From contig JBKHBH010000068.1 in the NCBI GenBank assembly GCA_046542505.1, positions 1-11,374 on the forward strand: a DNA stretch of 11,374 nt. The letters are read 5' to 3'. The DNA is from Thermovirgaceae bacterium (GTDB lineage: Bacteria; Synergistota; Synergistia; Synergistales; Thermovirgaceae). The notes under the pieces are model-generated. The model saw nothing but the letters and a program-made list of their open reading frames with translations. It did no database searches and was not told the DNA's origin. Made by a program: the position numbers and the translations under genes. Positions 7,318-11,374 of the stretch are shown in pieces. How positions within the stretch are numbered: position 1 is the first letter of the stretch; the number at the start of each line of letters is the position of its first letter.

Positions 7318-8271
7318 ATGGAGCAGGAAAAGGTCACGATCCAGGGAGAAAGATGGTTCCCCAGTGAAAAGACGTTCAGCGAGGAAATGCCCCTGTACTG
7401 GGGCGACTGGTACTGTGATTCCGAAGTCGGAAAGCTTCGGGCCGTTCTCATGCATCGGCCCGGTTCGGAAATCGATGCTGTCAAAGACCCTGCCGAAGTC
7501 CGCTTCAAGGCTCTCATGGAGCCCGGAAAAGCTCGTGCGCAGCACGACGCTTTGGCGGACATATACCGCAGCCATGGTGTGTCGGTGCATTATGTGGAAG
7601 AAACGCGCATCGATCGACCTAATTCCCTTTTCATGCGTGACCAGGTTCTCATGACCCCGGAAGGGGCAATTGTCTGCCGCCCCGCCATGGAAGTCCGCCG
7701 CGGAGAAGAGCGCTTTGCCGCCGAAACCCTGGGACGACTTGGCGTTCCCGTCATCAAGACAATCAACGGAAACGGCATCTTCGAGGGTGCCTGTCTCCTC
7801 TGGGTGGACCGCAAGACGGTGGTCATCGGCACCGGTTGCAGGGCCAATGCCACAGGGGCACATCAGGTCGAGCGGGAGCTCCGGGATCTGGGCGTCGAGA
7901 CAGTGCTGCATTTCCAGATCCCTTACGGTCATGCGCACCTGGATGGCATCATGAACTTTCCCGACAGGAACAAGGTCATGATCTTTCCCTGGGAAGTACC
8001 CTATGACGTATGCAAACCCCTCATGGATATGGGATTCACTATTATCGAAAACCCGCATGTTGACGAAGTGGAGCACTCCTTTGGCCTGAACTTTGTGGCC
8101 CTGGAGCCGGGCAGGATTGTCATGCCTTCGGGAAATCCAAAAACACGGGCTCTTCTTGAAGATGCCGGGGTGGAATGCATCGAGGCGGATGTCACGGAGA
8201 TAGTGAAGGGGTGGGGCGCCATCCATTGTATGACGGCCTTCCTCAGGCGCGACCCGGTAGATCCTTTCTGA
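7318..8271 (+). CDS. Amidinotransferase/pentein-family hydrolase (DDAH/arginine deiminase-like), paralogue 2, intact, 317 aa
   Basis: SD AGGAGG 7302-7307, ATG 7318. Motifs SEVGKLRAVLMHRPG, QHDAL, NSLFMRD (D108), RRGEE, FEG (E156), HLD (H207), GAIHCMT (C304), giving a full Cys-His-Glu/Asp set. Confidence 0.92.
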   Translation: MEQEKVTIQGERWFPSEKTFSEEMPLYWGDWYCDSEVGKLRAVLMHRPGSEIDAVKDPAEVRFKALMEPGKARAQHDALADIYRSHGVSVHYVEETRIDRPNSLFMRDQVLMTPEGAIVCRPAMEVRRGEERFAAETLGRLGVPVIKTINGNGIFEGACLLWVDRKTVVIGTGCRANATGAHQVERELRDLGVETVLHFQIPYGHAHLDGIMNFPDRNKVMIFPWEVPYDVCKPLMDMGFTIIENPHVDEVEHSFGLNFVALEPGRIVMPSGNPKTRALLEDAGVECIEADVTEIVKGWGAIHCMTAFLRRDPVDPF

Positions 8272-8300
8272 ACGGCGAAAGCCGAAGGAAGAAACCTTTG

Positions 8301-8344
8301 AAAAGAGGGGGCCGGCATTGAACATGCCGACCCCCTCTTTTTTT
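8301..8344 (+). terminator. Rho-independent terminator closing the amidinotransferase-ABC operon
   Basis: Stem GAGGGGGcCGGCAT / ATGCCGaCCCCCTC (one mismatch), loop TGAAC (8319-8323), then T7 (8338-8344); the preceding A4 makes it possibly bidirectional. Confidence 0.9.
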
Positions 8345-8357
8345 GAACAAGTTCTTG

Positions 8358-8387
8358 TTGACGATTGATGAAAAATTGAATTACTAT
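8358..8387 (+). promoter_or_regulatory. Putative sigma70/sigmaA promoter for the ADC-SDR-membrane protein module
   Basis: TTGACG (8358-8363), 18-nt AT-rich spacer, TACTAT (8382-8387). Confidence 0.6.
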
Positions 8388-8493
8388 CAATACCAGTTTG
8401 TTTTAGCCGCTGAAAGCGGGAGACAAGTTATGTGACGTCGGAGGCCATGTACCGGGGCATCATAAGGCCGGGAGAAGGGACAGGAGGAGGACC

Positions 8494-9294
8494 ATGAGAG
8501 GACAATTCAGGTTCCGGGAGGATTACGTCTACAAGATGCCCGTTCATTTTTCGGGTTTTCCCTTTTACCCGGTACGGGTGACCCACGGCGACATGACGGC
8601 AATACTCGTTGAGTTCGAGACCGACGAAAACGCCCTTGCCCGGTTCATACCCGAGGATTTCGAGTTGCTGCGGCCTGTGGTGACCGTGCAGTTCGCCAAT
8701 TTCCGGGACGTAGAGTGGATGTCAAACGGCGAATACCGCCTCATACAGGTTTCCGCGCCTGTCCGGTACGAGGGAAACCCAGAGGGCCTCGAAGGTATTT
8801 ATCCCCTGGTCATCTGGGAGAACAAGGCCTGCCCGATCCTTGGCGGCCGTGAGGAAGACGGTATGCCGAAGGTTTACGCCGATATCTCTTCAGAACGCCA
8901 TGTGGGGGACCACTGGTTCACCGCCGCCGGTTATGAAAACTGCACCTTCATCAAGGTGCAGTTTTGGAAACAATCCGGTCTCGATGAAAAAACAATTTCC
9001 GAAATGAACCAGAGCCGGGTGACCAACAACTTCGGATGGCGGTACCTGCCAAATCTTGGCAGTGGAGGGGCCTCCCTGTCACACGCCACGCTGTATCCCC
9101 AGGAAACGGTCATCGAACAGGGCGCAAGCGGCGAGGGGCGGATCGACTGGACGGAGCTTACCGCCGAGGAACATCCCCTCCAGGCCGGAACCATTAGCAG
9201 CCTGGCCAACCTTCCGGTTTCCGGATATTCCGGCGCCGTGATGCTCAAAGGCTACGCCCGGCTAAACGTGGGTGATTCAAGGATCCTGCCCTAG
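8494..9294 (+). CDS. Acetoacetate decarboxylase-like (ADC superfamily) protein, 266 aa
   Basis: SD AGGAGGAGG. N-terminal Y.MP, 'FETD..AL...IP..FE', and the signature GGREEDGMPK with the Schiff-base Lys (K126, codon 8869-8871). Confidence 0.85.
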   Translation: MRGQFRFREDYVYKMPVHFSGFPFYPVRVTHGDMTAILVEFETDENALARFIPEDFELLRPVVTVQFANFRDVEWMSNGEYRLIQVSAPVRYEGNPEGLEGIYPLVIWENKACPILGGREEDGMPKVYADISSERHVGDHWFTAAGYENCTFIKVQFWKQSGLDEKTISEMNQSRVTNNFGWRYLPNLGSGGASLSHATLYPQETVIEQGASGEGRIDWTELTAEEHPLQAGTISSLANLPVSGYSGAVMLKGYARLNVGDSRILP

Positions 9295-9318
9295 CGGCGG
9301 AAAGAAGAGGTGCAACCG

Positions 9319-10125
9319 ATGAGCGGGTACTTCCAGGACAAGGTCGCGGCGCTGACGGGTGCGGCATCGGGCATAGCGTTGGAGATGGCGGAACAGGTGC
9401 TCGCCGGAGGCGCGAAGGCCGTCTTTATGGGTGATTTCAAGGAGGAAAACCTCATGAAAGAAACCCGTCGGCTCGAAAAGCAGTACCCCGGCAAGGTGTT
9501 CCCCGTTCTGACGGATGTCACGAAAAGGGAACAGGTGTCCAACCTCATCGAAAGCGCCGCAGAATACGACGGACATCTCGATTTCGTCTGCAACGTCGCA
9601 GGGATCGGGATGACCCTTCCCACGGAGCAGATCACCTTTGAAATCTGGGACAGCATCATCGACCTGAACATCAAGGGAGTCGTCTATGGCACCTATGGGG
9701 CCATACCCATCATGAGGAAGCAGGGATTCGGGCATATCATCAACGCCGGCTCAGTGGCAGGGCTGCTTCCCATCCCGTACCAGGCGGTTTACGCCGCCAC
9801 GAAGGCCGCGGTCATTTCCATGACCGAAAGCCTCCAGTATGAGCTCGAGACGGAAGGACTCCAGTTCAGCGTCTTCTGCCCCGCAAACGTCAGGACGGCC
9901 ATATTCGGCGGTCTCGAGCCGCCTCCCGATTCCATCGGTGTCGACGAAGCCGTGAAGTACATTCTGGCCGAGGTGGAAAGGAAGTCCGTCCTTATCGTGT
10001 TGCCCCAAAACATCCGTGATTTCTACGACCTCTACTGCCGGAACCGTAAGGATTTTGACAGTCTCGCCCGAAAGCTGGCGGCGGAGCGCCGGGAAAACTA
10101 CCGCACCAGGGGCACGTATTTTTAG
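9319..10125 (+). CDS. Classical short-chain dehydrogenase/reductase (SDR), 268 aa
   Basis: TGAASGIA, DVT, NVAG, N.GS, YAATK (YxxxK). SD GAGGTG 9307-9312 favours ATG 9319 over GTG 9310. Asp after the second beta-strand (MGD) suggests NAD(H) preference. Confidence 0.92.
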   Translation: MSGYFQDKVAALTGAASGIALEMAEQVLAGGAKAVFMGDFKEENLMKETRRLEKQYPGKVFPVLTDVTKREQVSNLIESAAEYDGHLDFVCNVAGIGMTLPTEQITFEIWDSIIDLNIKGVVYGTYGAIPIMRKQGFGHIINAGSVAGLLPIPYQAVYAATKAAVISMTESLQYELETEGLQFSVFCPANVRTAIFGGLEPPPDSIGVDEAVKYILAEVERKSVLIVLPQNIRDFYDLYCRNRKDFDSLARKLAAERRENYRTRGTYF

Positions 10126-10141
10126 GTTTGGAGGTTCCTGC

Positions 10142-11371
10142 ATGGAAAGCATAGAGAGGCGCTGGGAGGAAGCAAAGGCGAAGCTCTTTGAAGAGGCGGA
10201 TCTTCACTTCGATGTAGTGGTCCTGCTCGTCGCAGGCCTGGCCCTGGTGATAACGGGGCTCTTGTTGTTTCCCGTTTCCGTGGGGTTTCTTCCCTACTAC
10301 GAAAATGGCGTCTACGGTTTGCTCCTGTTTTTGTTCGGCCTCCAGACGGTGGTGCTGGGAAGGACTCCCGCAGGGGACCTTAAAAAGTCCGTTCCGGTAA
10401 TAGGCGGCGGTGTTGGCATCGCCACCGTGGGGATCCTGGCCTGTTTCATTCCCGACGTGTTCACCCTGCTTCCCAGGGTTCTTCTGATCATCTGCCTGGG
10501 TCTGGGAGGGTTCCTGCAGCTTCTGCAAATGCTTTTTTCGAAGGACAAGCTCCAGGCCTGGATTGGCTACGGGGGCATTTTCCCCGCCCTTGCAGTGGCC
10601 TGCGGAGCCGTCTACGTTTTGTCCATGTTTGCCGGGCTTCTTGTGTGGGAGAAGGGGCTGCTTTCGGTCAGAACTACGGCCCTGTCCGTTTTGGTCTATG
10701 GCGCGGCCATTCTCGTATTGGCCGTATTGCTCCAGAAGATCTACCGAATGCATCCGCAGGCGGCGGCACACCTTGACGACACCTTCGGACTGACGGCGGA
10801 CAAGGCCATGCTGCTTTTGACGGGCCTTTTCATGATGATCCTCGGGGTTCTGCTGATCCCCGTGACCTTCGGCATGCTCCCCTTCTCCGGCAGCGCCCAG
10901 CTGGGGCTGCTGATGGTTCTTTTCTCTATCCAGATGCTTGCTTTCGGGAGCACGCCTGTGGGCCCCTTTCCCCGGACCTGGCTGGTGGTCCTTCTCGGGC
11001 TCCTGTTTGCGGCGCTCGGAATCATTTCCTGCATCGTGCCCCTGACCCTTGTGCCCTTTTTGACGCTGCTCATCGGCTTGCTGAACTTGACCGGCGGAGG
11101 TGCGGGACTCTTCAAGACGGTCATGCCCCTGCTGGATAGTCCGAAACGGAAATCGCCCGTGGTGCCCATTCTCGTCAAACTTACAGTCACCCAGATTGCC
11201 ATGAATCTCGTGTCGATTCTCTTTGGAACTTCTATGCTCTTTTCGGGCCTGCTGCCGGGCTGGGTGGTCGGCGTGATACTGACGGCCAACGGCGCCGTGC
11301 TCTTGTACCTCATGCGCCTGCTCATGCAGATCGATAAAATGCGGTCTGCTATGATGGAAGAAACAGCCTGA
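10142..11371 (+). CDS. Polytopic membrane protein of unknown function (~12 TM, two-fold internal repeat), 409 aa
   Basis: SD GGAGG 10130-10134, ATG 10142, stop TGA 11369-11371. About twelve long hydrophobic segments; the halves align with an offset of ~196 aa. Confidence 0.85.
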   Translation: MESIERRWEEAKAKLFEEADLHFDVVVLLVAGLALVITGLLLFPVSVGFLPYYENGVYGLLLFLFGLQTVVLGRTPAGDLKKSVPVIGGGVGIATVGILACFIPDVFTLLPRVLLIICLGLGGFLQLLQMLFSKDKLQAWIGYGGIFPALAVACGAVYVLSMFAGLLVWEKGLLSVRTTALSVLVYGAAILVLAVLLQKIYRMHPQAAAHLDDTFGLTADKAMLLLTGLFMMILGVLLIPVTFGMLPFSGSAQLGLLMVLFSIQMLAFGSTPVGPFPRTWLVVLLGLLFAALGIISCIVPLTLVPFLTLLIGLLNLTGGGAGLFKTVMPLLDSPKRKSPVVPILVKLTVTQIAMNLVSILFGTSMLFSGLLPGWVVGVILTANGAVLLYLMRLLMQIDKMRSAMMEETA

Positions 11372-11374
11372 AAT

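Noticed and set aside
7318..8271. Calling the enzyme arcA (arginine deiminase) or ddaH
   Set aside because: Too short for ArcA with no arcB/arcC nearby; it has HLD and an N-terminal arm unlike canonical DDAH. Only the family can be supported.
7300..8325. 341-aa minus-strand ORF, and other long antisense ORFs (5871..6734, 3416..4165, 9992..10771, 749..1285, 10741..11325)
   Set aside because: They lie opposite well-supported plus-strand genes, show no recognisable motifs, and are typical shadow ORFs of GC-rich coding sequence.

Overview
All-plus-strand metabolic region, probably from an anaerobic amino-acid-fermenting bacterium (Synergistota-like, an impression from gene content only). Three blocks. 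(1) The 3' end of an SDR-type L-threonine dehydrogenase with a strong terminator, then ppnP, a class-II (MOFRL/TtuD) glycerate kinase and a D-2-hydroxyacid dehydrogenase. (2) A promoter-to-terminator operon (~3008-8344) with two short amidinotransferase/pentein-family (DDAH/arginine-deiminase-like) paralogues flanking a polar amino-acid ABC importer and an XRE-cupin regulator. The first paralogue is frameshifted in a way exactly explained by loss of one 8-nt tandem unit, and it has Arg at the catalytic His position. The regulator appears to need a non-canonical CTG start. (3) A separately promoted three-gene module: an acetoacetate-decarboxylase-like protein, an SDR and an internally duplicated ~12-TM membrane protein of unknown function. 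No RNA genes, CRISPR arrays or mobile elements were recognised. All calls come from motif recognition by eye; no searches were run.
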